DNA from: the human T2T-CHM13v2.0 reference genome, Homo sapiens
Strand: one strand, 5' to 3'
Assembly: GCF_009914755.1 (NCBI RefSeq)
Contig: NC_060929.1
Length of the DNA stretch: 64,000 bases
Shown: piece after piece, positions 12,230 to 23,110 of the stretch
How the letters are laid out: each line of letters begins with the position of its first letter
Position numbering within the stretch: the stretch's first letter is position 1
Translations under genes and position numbers: made by a program
The notes under the pieces: generated by a model
The model's input: only the letters and a program-made list of their open reading frames with translations
Databases searched by the model: none
Told to the model about the DNA's origin: nothing

Positions 12230-12605
12230 CATTTATTTCCATTTCACAAGCACCTGCATAGCATTTACTATCTAAATTCCTTACAACCCATTTAATCCCC
12301 AGAATAACCCGATGAGGTAGGTACTATTATTATCCTCATTTTCCATGTTGGGAAATTGAGACTTGGAGGCTACAGAACTTGCTCAGAGTCACACGGCTGG
12401 TAGGAGATGTGGGCCAGGGCGCCAAGCCCAGGCCACAGGCTTCAGAGGATCTGTTGGCTCTAAACAGCCTGCTGCAAGGTGGCGATCATTATCCTCTATC
12501 CAGGAGAAAACACTCAGAGAGGTTCCATGACTGAGCTCAAGCCCCAGAACTCACGGCAAGTGGAGCAGAGATTCTGATTCCAAAGTCAACCCCCAACCCA
12601 GGTGC
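12230..12605 (-). mobile_element. Two adjacent MIR copies
   Basis: gaggtaggtactattattatcctcattttcc...gaaattgagact; second core cattatcctctatccaggagaaaacactcagagaggtt. Confidence 0.75.
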
Positions 12606-12945
12606 CGCCATGAGTGACTTTACGGGCAGCATGCACAGATGCCTCATCCCTCCTTCCTCTGACTCTTCACTGCATGCTCTTGGCCCTCTGCATTGGTCCC
12701 TGGTGATCACCTCCAGCCCACTTTCCAGTGAGGAGAGACATGCTGCCCCATGGCTGAGGAAGCCTTTTACCTCCCACCTCCTGCAAACTACGCAGGCTAT
12801 TTGGTGGCCCAGCTGGGATAGTAACAGGTCCAGACATCTTGCAACCAGCAGCCCTCCCTGCAACACATTCAGCTGCCCCTGCCTAGAGGTAGAACACAAC
12901 TCTCAAAAAGAAGCATTCCAAACAAGGTCACTGATTGTTAAGCGG

Positions 12946-12946
<1 letters not shown>

Positions 12947-12985
<39 letters not shown>

Positions 12986-13012
12986 CGTGTATGTGTGTGT
13001 ATGCATGCATGT
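12947..13012. repeat. (TG)n microsatellite with degenerate tail
   Basis: About 18 perfect TG units followed by gcgtgtatgtgtgtgtatgcatgcatgtg. Confidence 0.95.
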
Positions 13013-13689
13013 GTTGTCTTAGAAGGGGTAGGAAGGGCCAGAGGGATGTGTGGACAAGCAGATGAGCTGGCAAGGCTGGAAACTTCCCACCATTACCATT
13101 CACAGTGAGACTTCATTAACCCAGATACCACAGTGCTAGAGACTGGAGGAGGGTGCAGTGTGGCCCACCACATTACCCACCAGCAAGTCAGATCCCCTGA
13201 GGGGAACCCTCCGAACTGGTGAAGTGATTCCTGCCACACTGTGTGTACCCTGCTCAACAATCTGGCTTTGAAACAGACACATGTGCACCCCCGCCCCCAC
13301 AATCAGCATGCCCACCTCCCAGCTGAGCTTGCCAACAATTACGGCAATTCCTAAATCACAGTAGACAACTCACTGGGGGTTATTCAGTACCTTCTAATTA
13401 GTGTTACACACTGATTATCTGAGGCTATTGATATTGGCTTTAATGGTAATTATAATTTTCACATAAAATATTTAATAACCATTCATAATACAAGAAATTT
13501 GATTAAGGAGACAGCATTTTTCTTGGATTTCCACATTGATCTCCTGAAGGCTCAGCTGGGTTTATTCCAAGCAGGAGTAAATACAGCTGACACAATTACC
13601 CATCAAAGGCTGTGGAAAACAGCAAACTCAGATTTACCCACCCCCACTGCTTCTCTGAAATACTCAACAACAGCTATGAAAAACGGGCT

Positions 13690-13830
13690 AAGGCCATAGA
13701 CAGGAGATTCACAAAAGAAGCAATGTAAATGGCCAACCCATCTGTGGGAAAATATTTAGCCTCACTAATAATCAAGCAACATCCATTTAAATCAGACACC
13801 ATCCCTTGTATCAAATCGGCAAAGACATAT
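13690..13830 (+). mobile_element. Old L1M ORF2 fragment
   Basis: acaggagattcacaaaagaagcaatgtaaatggccaac...gcctcactaataatcaag. Confidence 0.6.
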
Positions 13831-13864
13831 TTTATAACTACTACTGCTGCTGTTAACAAAAATA

Positions 13865-14345
13865 TGTACTGGGCCACTACAGACTTGTCTGCCACATTCT
13901 TCCCCTTCTAGAACATGCACCCGCTTCCTGCAAATAATCACTTTTCCACCTTCTGCAATCACATGGTAGGAAGTGGGGCTGTCGTTTTCTGTCTGTCACC
14001 TCCACCTACTGTAAATGGCCAGAAGTAGATCTTTGACCTAAGACGAGCCCGTCACAGATGCCCACCTCACTGCCCTTCACGACTGGTCGGCCACAGGCAT
14101 CTGACCCAGCCAGGCCAATGAGAGTGCTTCCCTGTGATCTTTCTTTCCATCTGGGAGCACAGACAGCTTCAGTACCTCTTAACAAAGGGGCAAATCTGGG
14201 AGATGGAAGCTGGGAGAGCCAGCAGCAGCCATCATCCGTCAAACTCTCTGTGACACTTAAACATGGAGTTGTACAACCAAGACCCAGGATACTGTAGAGC
14301 CGGTTAGTATTTTTGTCATCCACAACAGCAAACAGTACCCAAGCC
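13865..14345 (+). mobile_element. ERVL solo LTR (LTR16-like)
   Basis: gacccagccaggccaatgagagtgcttccctg...gaagctgggagagccagcagcagccatc. Confidence 0.55.
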
Positions 14346-15544
14346 ACATCCCTCAAGTCCCTGCCTGTTTCCCTCAGAAACTATGACAATTTGCCTGAGT
14401 TCTCATCCCAGGCCATCATGAGGACAATCCAGGAAGCCCAGAGCAAGCTTGGAATCAGAACCTCACGCTGCTCTATGGGAGGGAGGAGGAACCCTGTCCA
14501 CTACTTTCCTCTGTCAGGGACTTGCAGGTGGCGGCCTAGGGGATGCCCTTCTGTAGGCATTCCAATGATTGCTTTGCAATGTCAATTCTCAGCACCGTCA
14601 CCAGCACCTCTTCCAACACATAAAACGCTACAAAGTTTACATTTCGTGAAGTGATTTCCAAACTTCTAGAAACCCCCTTGAGGTGACAGAACCCAAGTAC
14701 ACAAACTCCCAAGTGCTCACAGTTTTTGCAGCTCCCCACCACAAGCCTTCCAAAGACCTCTGTGGCTTCCCTCTTCCAAGATACCTACTCTGCGTCAACC
14801 TCAATGAAATTAGGTGCTCTCTCACGTGACTTCTAAATATGGACATGACTCCAACCAAACACGATCCTGCTCTTCAGAAGCCAGAAGGGCTGCTTTAATA
14901 AATAAATAGGAATAATTATGATTGTACCCAAGGACAATCCCAGCTTAACGCCTTTTGTCCCAGCATAATTATTAATAACACCTTTCCCTCTCAAAGGCAT
15001 CCTGGTTTAGGTGATAAATTAGCCTTATCTATCAATAAATCTATAAGGCATCCAGCCCCAGCCTAACAAACACACGGCCTCACATGTCCTCCTGCTGCCT
15101 TCATCATAGTGGAAAACGGTGGAATCTCTTGCCTCATCTGAGCTCCAGGCAATATCTTTTAAACTTTCCTTCCACTGTGTGCAAAATGACTGAGAAGGAA
15201 AGTCCAAGTTCTCTTTGTCATCAGCTCACAAAATGGCTGAGCCAGCTGGGCCCTTTTCTTTGTGGGTTGTGCTGCCCCGTCATTTCCAGCATGCCAGCAT
15301 CCTCAAGTGGTTTGGGGAAACGTTCCTTTCTCCAGACTGGACTGTAGTTCAAGGGAAGTTACAAATCTAAAAGAAAATGAATCACCTTTGTGAGGCTCCT
15401 TTTTTCAGGTTTGTAGAAAACAGGAGCAATTCCTTTCCACTGCCCCCGCCCACCCCCCAAACATAAGCAGAGTCTGCGAGAACAGTTAGCTCACAGGCAG
15501 GAGTTAGAATTCCTACCACATAGGCCTCCTTTATCTCTCTGCCC

Positions 15545-15742
15545 TGCAGTCATACTGCCTGGTTCAAACCCTGCCTCCTCCACTTACTAGTTCTATGACC
15601 TTGGCCACCTTGCTTGACATCAGTAGGTTCAGCTGCATCATCCACTGAGTTATGAGATTAAATGGGAGGATACGTACAGGGAATTTAGCCCAGTGCTCCC
15701 TAACATGAGAAGCTTTAGATAAATGTTAGCTATTGTCATTAA
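15545..15742 (+). mobile_element. MIR
   Basis: ctgcctggttcaaaccctgcctcctccacttactagttctatgaccttgg...ataaatgttagctattgtcatt. Confidence 0.8.
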
Positions 15743-15872
15743 TGATAGTAGTAAAGATCTATCAATCTTTACTATCAAGTAGTAAAGTTTAAAGTAGATG
15801 GGTAGGGTATGCTTTAGTGAGAAATTCACTCGGCATTTGAAAAGTTGACTTGCTGATATTTATGACTAATCT

Positions 15873-16037
15873 GACCACATATTAAGTCTATTTTATGGGT
15901 GCATAAACTGAGGCCAGGAAAAACAAGTGCTTGCCCCCAAACTCCACCCTCTAAAAGGCCAAGCAGGGCTGAAAGTCCCACACACATGTCACCATCCTGG
16001 GGAGAACACCCCATTCCTTGAAGAGTACTGGTCAGAG
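15873..16037 (+). repeat. Left arm of a long inverted duplication (partly MIR-derived)
   Basis: Reverse complement of 17038-17182 with 7 mismatches in 145 bp plus one 20-bp indel (manual alignment). Confidence 0.95.
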
Positions 16038-16039
16038 AA

Positions 16040-16175
16040 TTCATGTTATAAGCATAATGTGAGGTGGACATCATTGTTATCCCCGTTCTGAAGTGGAGAA
16101 AACAGATCTACAGTGGTTAACTTCTCCAAGGCCACACACAACTTGTAAGTGGCAGAGCAGGGATATGATCTCTGT
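16040..16175 (-). mobile_element. MIR fragment
   Basis: gtgaggtggacatcattgttatccccgttctg...ccaaggccacacacaacttgtaagtggcagagcagggat. Confidence 0.7.
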
Positions 16176-16466
16176 GTGAAAGTCCAGATCCTGTGATATT
16201 AAGGAGTAAGTTGCATCCCGGCTTCCACCACTCCAAGAAAAAGATTTTGCTCTTGCCTAGCAGTAGGGCAGAATTAAGTGAGACCTGTTAACATTTTCAT
16301 TCCCTTAAGAAAAAAAAAAAAGCAGCACATAATAAATTGTTTTGGCACAAAGTTTGTTTTCAGGTTTCAGGGCTAGATATTCATATGGTCCTGTGTGTTT
16401 CTATGAGTGGCTGTTGGCATAAGAAAATTCTCCTCCTAGTTTCTTCTAAATGAAATTGTGAAATGG

Positions 16467-16541
16467 TGACTTTGGCCACCTTGCTTAACATCAGTAGGTT
16501 CAGCTGCATCATCTACTGAGTTATGGGATTAAATGGGAGGA
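16467..16541 (+). repeat. 75-bp direct copy of 15596-15670
   Basis: 4 mismatches in 75 bp; GACTTTGG at both junctions (16468-16475 and 16540-16547). Confidence 0.95.
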
Positions 16542-17037
16542 CTTTGGGGGAGAAGGAATAGAGACCCCAAGGGAATAAGGCCATAAGGAGGATGACAACC
16601 CAGCCCACAGGGACACATTCCTGCTCCTCTGAGCTCGAGAAGGAACAGATCTACTCCCGACAGGGCACACCCAACACCTGCTCTGCCTCCCCTCACAAAG
16701 CTCTCAGCCCTCAAAGCACACGAAGTCTTACAAACCATGCTGGGCTTACCCACTGAGGACATGCTGGTGAGAAAGCAGGCACCACAGCCCCTGTTCCTTC
16801 CTGATGGTCATGTGCAGCTGTGCTCCAAAGGACAGGTGGGCCTAAAACCAAGAGACCAACTCCAGATAGAAACATGCCCTAATTCAAAAAGGCACCTATA
16901 GGCCAAGAGTGACCTACCACAGGGAAGGAAAGCCCGGGAACGTTTGCCGAGATACCTTTAGCAAGTAACTCACCTTTACTGCCCCCATCAGGCTCCAGGG
17001 AACCTCTACATGCCCAGCTCAATACTCAGCTCAATGC

Positions 17038-17182
17038 CTCTGACCAGTACTCTTCAAGGATGGAGACATGAGTTTGGGACCTTCAGCCCTGCTTGGCCTT
17101 TTAGAGGTTGGAGTTTGGGGGCAAGCACTTGTTTTTCTTGGCCTCAGTTTATGCACCCATAAAATAGACTTAGTATGTGGTC
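17038..17182 (-). repeat. Right arm of the long inverted duplication
   Basis: Reverse complement of 15873-16037. Confidence 0.95.
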
Positions 17183-18331
17183 TATGAAGAGGAGGAGGAA
17201 GAAGGTGCCATCTTCCAGAAGCACAGCACATTGTCCAGGTTCAGATGAGAAACACGGGGCCCTCAGTGGAGAACAGAATCGAGGGCCAAGTGGTGTGGCT
17301 CAGGGTGAGGTTGGGTTCTTTCAGAGATAGAAGTCATGGCTATGTCTGGGACAGCCATGGTTGCCGAAGCTCAGGGGAGAAAGGCACATAGACAATGTCT
17401 GCAGGGTCACAATCACCTGCCCGTTCTCCCAGATGCCCTAGTCACCAGCAGCATGCAGGCCAGGTGAAGCTGGCAGATGCCAGCCCATTGTCAGGTCTGT
17501 GCTGCTGTTAGCCAGGAGGTAGGACAAGTAGGACACCTTTGGGGGATTTTTGAGGACCCTGAAGTTAAAGTGTCTCTAACCATACACCCACGATGTGCTG
17601 GCATGCACCTTTTTGCCCTGGGTCAAAAGAGAAAAAACTTCAGCATCCCCAACTGGGCCCTTACCTGACCCCTGTACTCCCAGAGCCTCCGTGATTCTTC
17701 CCCACCCAAGCAAGCCCAGTTTTGTGTACTTTCCAAGTGGCCTTTTCCTCCCCAGGTGCCTACCAGCAAAGCAGGTCATCCTGGACTTTACAGCCTCCCT
17801 TGGGCCAGGCCTGTATCCTGGACCATCCCACTTTTCTGAAGAATGGAATGAGGGATGTTTTCTATTTTAACGGCCGCAGTTAAATGTTTCATGGGCCAAA
17901 ACGGAGGCCAGATCACTTTATAATCATTCTTCTGGCCCCTGCATAATTTATGCCCCTTATGCACTTTTCATGATCTAATTTATCTACCTCCTAAAATATT
18001 TTGTAAAACCTGAATCCCATCTGTAATGATCTATGTCCTCGTATAAAGTCTACCAAAGAATTTGCCATATAAGCTGCAGTTGTGGATCTACACTCAGCTG
18101 CATTAGGTGAAGGTAGGACTGTTTCCAGGCAGGGCTGGAGGCCCGATCGGTCAAACAAGTCTAGCCTCGGCTTGGGAAACACACCCAGGGGAGAGGGATG
18201 CAGGGAGGGGGAATTCCCAAGACAGGCCAGCCTTGAGGATGGTGAGGAAGTGAGACAGGCATTGAGGGAGCAAAAAGGACTTCCTAGGGTCAACTACAGA
18301 GAGCCTGTGTGGCCCATCAGGTGGCAAAGAT

Positions 18332-18610
18332 AACAACAACAACAACAACCATTATAATAGCAATAGTAACAGTGGTGACTGCTCTATCCAGACTGTTAAG
18401 TGTCAGGCACTGTGTAAGCACTTCCCAGGCATTAGTTCACTGATTCTCACTCATGAGGTGGGGACTATCACCATTCTCATTTCACAGATAAGAAAACTGA
18501 GGCTTAGAAAGAGGTAAGTGACTTGCTTGAGTTCCGGTAGTTAGTACATTAGAGAGATGAGATTCAAACCTGAGCAGGCTGACCTGAAGCCAGGTTCCCA
18601 ACCCCTGCAC
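18332..18610 (-). mobile_element. MIR with (CAA)n tail
   Basis: (aac)6 then tgtcaggcactgtgtaagcact...catttcacagataagaaaactgaggcttaga. Confidence 0.85.
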
Positions 18611-18702
18611 CACCCTGTACTCCTAGGTGAGTCTGCCTTCTCAAACTTGATGTCCCAGGAACCTAGAAACCCTGACTTTCAATAACCAATCAGCAAGCAT
18701 TT

Positions 18703-18850
18703 TAGGGTAAAGTTGCCAGATTTCATTAAAAACAAAAACAGGACACCCTGTTGTGTGGGCAATATTTGGGATATACTTATACTAAAATACGGTTCACTAT
18801 TTATTTAGAACTCAAATTTAATTGGGTAGCCTCTATCTTACCTGGCAGTT
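18703..18850. mobile_element. MER53 (hAT MITE), partly deleted
   Basis: gttgccagattt...acaggacaccc...gggatatacttatactaaaat...ctcaaatttaattggg...ctggca. Confidence 0.75.
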
Positions 18851-19239
18851 CTATTTTGGGACCACTCACCATGTGTCCAGGACTGTGCTAGGATTGGGAC
18901 TACAGGGACTGCCTTCAACTGGAACCCAGCCTGCCTGGGTTTAAAGGAGATGGACACCAGCACAAGGGACAAACATGGGAAGGGGCAGTCTGATCCAAGT
19001 CTGCCTGCTGAACGCCTAGGGTTGTTGGGGGTCAGAGGCTCACAAAACCATGTCTTCCTGGAGGAGCACGGGGCCTGAACTGAACCCAGGGATGGGAAGA
19101 AGAGCAAAGACAGGAAGGAAGGGAGGCCACCCTCCCCGCCCCCACCCCCAGTCCCACGCCCTGCTCCTGAGGCCCGCACTCCACTCCTGGGTGCAGCCAA
19201 AATCCTCACTGGAGTCCAACACTCAGAGCAACAAACTCC

Positions 19240-19565
19240 AGGGCAAGCCAAAACTTGGGCCAGGCCCATCAGAGGGGCCCACCTGCTATCCCATGAGCTG
19301 ACTCAAGTCCACAGCTCCCTACACTCACAGCCCCAGCCTGTGCTCACTCTGCCCTTCCCACTTAGAGGCTGCCTGTCCTCCCCAGACCCTGCCTCTCATC
19401 AAGGGTCCAGCTCCACCCTCCCCTGTTCTACCTGCCAATCTCACGCCTGCTGGCCTGCCCTTAGACTATATCCCTTAGACCAAACATTTGCACATTGTTT
19501 ATTATGCACCTAGCATGGAGCCTGGAACTTAGTTGGTGCTCGGTAAGTGGTCGTGAATGACTGAG
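19240..19565 (+). mobile_element. L2 3' fragment
   Basis: cacctagcatggagcctggaacttagttggtgctcggtaagtggtcgtgaatga (L2 terminus). Confidence 0.6.
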
Positions 19566-21176
19566 AGTCACTCTGTCTGGCACCCTGCTTTCTATGTGTG
19601 TGGTTCCCCAGCAGAGGTTGGAACAGAGGGCGTGTCGGAGGAGATCCAGGGACAACACTCAACAGAGGAACACTGATGTGTCTCCATATCCCCAGCGCCC
19701 AGCCCAGGGCCTGGTGTGGAGCAGAGGTAAGAACTGTTTGCTGGAGAAGGGGACGTGAGATGGGGAGATCAGAAGCACGGTGGGAGAGTCCAAGCCTGGG
19801 AAGTGCTGCCTCTCCTCTGCTTCCCTCCATGGCTTGTTCTAGGACTTGGACAAGTCACAGACCACTCTTCGCTTCGGTTTCCGTGGCTGGAAAATGGAAC
19901 ATGGACACATTGCTCTGGCTGCTCAGCAGCCGGTTGCTAGGATGACGGGACCACTGTAATAGTAGTACCTCCCTGCAAGGTGAGGCTCACACGAGGCCTA
20001 AAATGCAGTTGACTTGAGGCCCTGGACCTTGGCAAGTGCCGCTCACACCAGTAGCCTCCCAAGCCCCAACTGGCCACGGCCCTGATGGTGACAAACTCCC
20101 CCTCCACGAGCCCAGCCACACAGCACTGCCCATGTCTCTGTGGCTTCTCCAAGTCCAGCCTCTCTGAGCAGAGGCCAAATAAAGATGGATTTGCTCTCTC
20201 TCGCGGCAAACACAACACCTCCGTCAATCTCTGGGCACCCAGACCATGCTCATTGTTCTTGTGTGAATTCCACAGATGCTTATAAACACTTCCACTACTT
20301 CTGAAGTTTTATTTATGGTTTTTGTTAAACCTTTACTCTGAAATTTGCCATTTTAAACACTCCCTGACTGAGTAAGATTTATGCGGTTTCCTCACACAGA
20401 AGCTACCTATAATGGACAGAGCCAAAATCAATTTATAGGGCCTCCAGAGCAGCAGACAACTCGTTTTTATTGGAAGAAGGTGTTCTCAGGAAGGAGAAGA
20501 AAAAATACATTACGACCCCAGAAACATCCACTCCTCCAAGAGGCTGATTGCACTGGGCACCCCTCTCTGCTCCTCCTTCAAAATGAGCTCAATAAAATGG
20601 CATAGAACCTGCTCCCCTTCAGACCAGAGATGGAAACAAGGATGCCAGCCTCCTCAGGAGAGGTCCCTGCCCCTCAGTGGCTTGGGATATACAGGTAGGG
20701 CACATGCTAACCTGAGCCCAGTGATTCAAATGGAGCCAGGAGTGGGAGGTGGCCAGGGTGGTGGGGGAAGGTTGGCCATGTTACCAATTCATTCATGTTC
20801 TAAATCTGCATCCGAAGGGAACCTCACCCACATGTTTTCAGGCCTTGTCAAATAAATTAGGAAATCTCTTCCTTTGAAGATCAATGGTATGGAGATGACT
20901 TTGAACTCTTAATATCAGGCATTAGCAAGATAATGTTAGGTTTTATAAAGAATGAAAAGAATTTACCAATTTTCTTCCAGCAATTCTCTCTGGACTCTAC
21001 AAGGAAGCTAATCACTAGATAATTGTTCAATGACTCTTCAGGTCCATTCAAATTCATTGAATTTTTAGAGAGGGAAAAAGTAGAAGTCCCTTAAAGGACC
21101 AATTACCAAACTGCTGGGACCTATACCTCTGCCAGAAAACACAGTTCTGGGAAAAGCCGGGATGCAAAGAGATTGG

Positions 21177-21546
21177 TGTATTAGTTGGCTCAGGCTGTCG
21201 TAACAAAGTACCACCGACTGGGTGGCTTAAACATCAGATGTTTATTTTTCTCACAGTTCTGGAGACTGAAGTCCAAGATCAAGGTTCTGGCTGATTCAAT
21301 TTCTGTCAAGGGCATTCATCCAGGCTAGTAGATGACCACCCCTCACTGTCCTCATATGTTGGGGTGGGGGAATCTCTGATGTCTCTTCTTATAAGGACAT
21401 GAATTTTATTGGATTAGGGCCCTGCCTTATGTCCTCATCTAAACTTAGTTACTTCTTCAGAGGCCCCATCTCCACATACAGCCATATTGAGGACTAGGGC
21501 TTCAATACATGCATTTTGGGGAGACATAAATATTTACCCCATAACG
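21177..21546 (-). mobile_element. MaLR solo LTR (MLT1A-like)
   Basis: tgtattagtt...gactgggtggcttaaac...ctcacagttctggag...gtctcttcttataaggac...cccataac. Confidence 0.88.
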
Positions 21547-21809
21547 CTGGGTCTGCCACAACTTGGTTCTCCACTCACAGGATTCCATTTCCTACCCCTA
21601 TGTGGTGGCCCAAACCTTCTCCATGCTCTCCACCTCTGGTCTCCGCCTCTCCCTCCCCAGTACCTTCTACAAGAGCCTCCAGTTCCCAAGCCACAGCTCA
21701 GAGTCCTTTCTCTGCTCAAAAACTTCAATGACTCCTCCATCATGCATATAATTAAGTCCATAAGTTAGAAAGCCAGTAAATGCATTGATCTAAAAATGAA
21801 CAAACTTAC

Positions 21810-22040
21810 TTCAGAGTCAGGCAGACCTATGTGAAAATCCTGGCTCTGACCTATAGTAGCTGTGTGATTTGGGATAATTTACTTAACCCCTCAGAGCCTC
21901 AGGTTTCTCATCTACAACATGGGGAAAATAACAGCTCTTACTTCATTGGTTTGTGGTAGAGATGAAAAGAGGGAATGCTGGGAAGTGCCTAGCAGAGTGC
22001 TTGGCATTTAAAACCAAATAAAATGTTAGCTCTGAGTGTC
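21810..22040 (+). mobile_element. MIR
   Basis: gagtcaggcagacc...ttacttaacccctcagagcctcaggtttctcatct...aaatgttagc. Confidence 0.85.
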
Positions 22041-22059
22041 ATTATGCTCTCTCAACAAC

Positions 22060-22851
22060 CCACTGGTGATCACAGCCCCTCTTACGGTTTTAACACCATC
22101 TAAAGGCCAATCAATGGCTCCTACATTTCCATCTCTAGCCCTGACCTCTCTCCAGGACTCCAGATGAACGAAGCCAGCTGCCCCCTCAACATCTCCACAC
22201 AGATGTCAACAGGCATCTCAGGATCATCACGTGTAAAACAGCTCCTGATCCACTCCAACCTGTTCTACCCACAGCCTTCCTAATCCTGACTGCTGAGGCT
22301 AAAACTGTGAAGTCATCTTTGATTCCCCGCTGTCTCTCACATCCCACATTCAGATGTTAAGAAATCTTCTGTGTCCAGAACAAAACCACTTACCACCTCC
22401 ACGGCATTCGTCTAGCCCTCGCCTCTCACCTGGAGGCAGCAGCAGCCTCCTGACTGGCTCCCTGAGTCCACCCTTGCCCCAGAATGCTCAAGTTTTCACA
22501 TACACACACAAAATAATACTTTTAAAACAGAAGCCCCCATCTCACTGATGGTAAAGTCCAAAGCCCTATACTGGCCTGCCAGGCCCCATTGCCTCTCTGA
22601 TCCCTTCTCCTACCACAGTCCCCTCACTCACTCTGCTGTAGCCACACTGCCTCCTTGCTGGTCCTTAGCATGCCAGGCACACCCCTGCTTCAGGCTCTCC
22701 TGCCCTTGCTACTCCTGTCTGGAGTGCTCTTCACCAGATAGCCACCTGGTTAGCTCCCTACAGCCTTCTCAAATTACTCAAATATCATCTTCCCAGAGAA
22801 GTCTACTCAGCTACCCTTGGTGAAATTGCAACCTGCATGCACATGTGCGTG

Positions 22852-22882
<31 letters not shown>

Positions 22883-23110
22883 CCCATCCTATCTCATCCT
22901 ACTCATTCTTGTTTCCTTGCACTTACCTCTTCCTAACATACTATATACATTACATGTATATTATATTTATTTGTTTATTGTCTGCTTCCCCTTGGTAGAA
23001 ACTAAATTCACATAGGAGTGATATTTGTTTTATTCACAGCTGTATATCCAGCCCCTAACACAGTGTCTAGCACACAGAGGTCACTCAGTAAACGTTTGTT
23101 GAACTAATGA
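22060..23110 (+). mobile_element. L2 (L2a-like) 3' region with internal (CA)n at 22852-22879
   Basis: atctctagccctgacctctctccag; cagcctcctgactggctccct; terminus cagtgtctagcacacagaggtcactcagtaaacgtttgttgaa. Confidence 0.85.
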
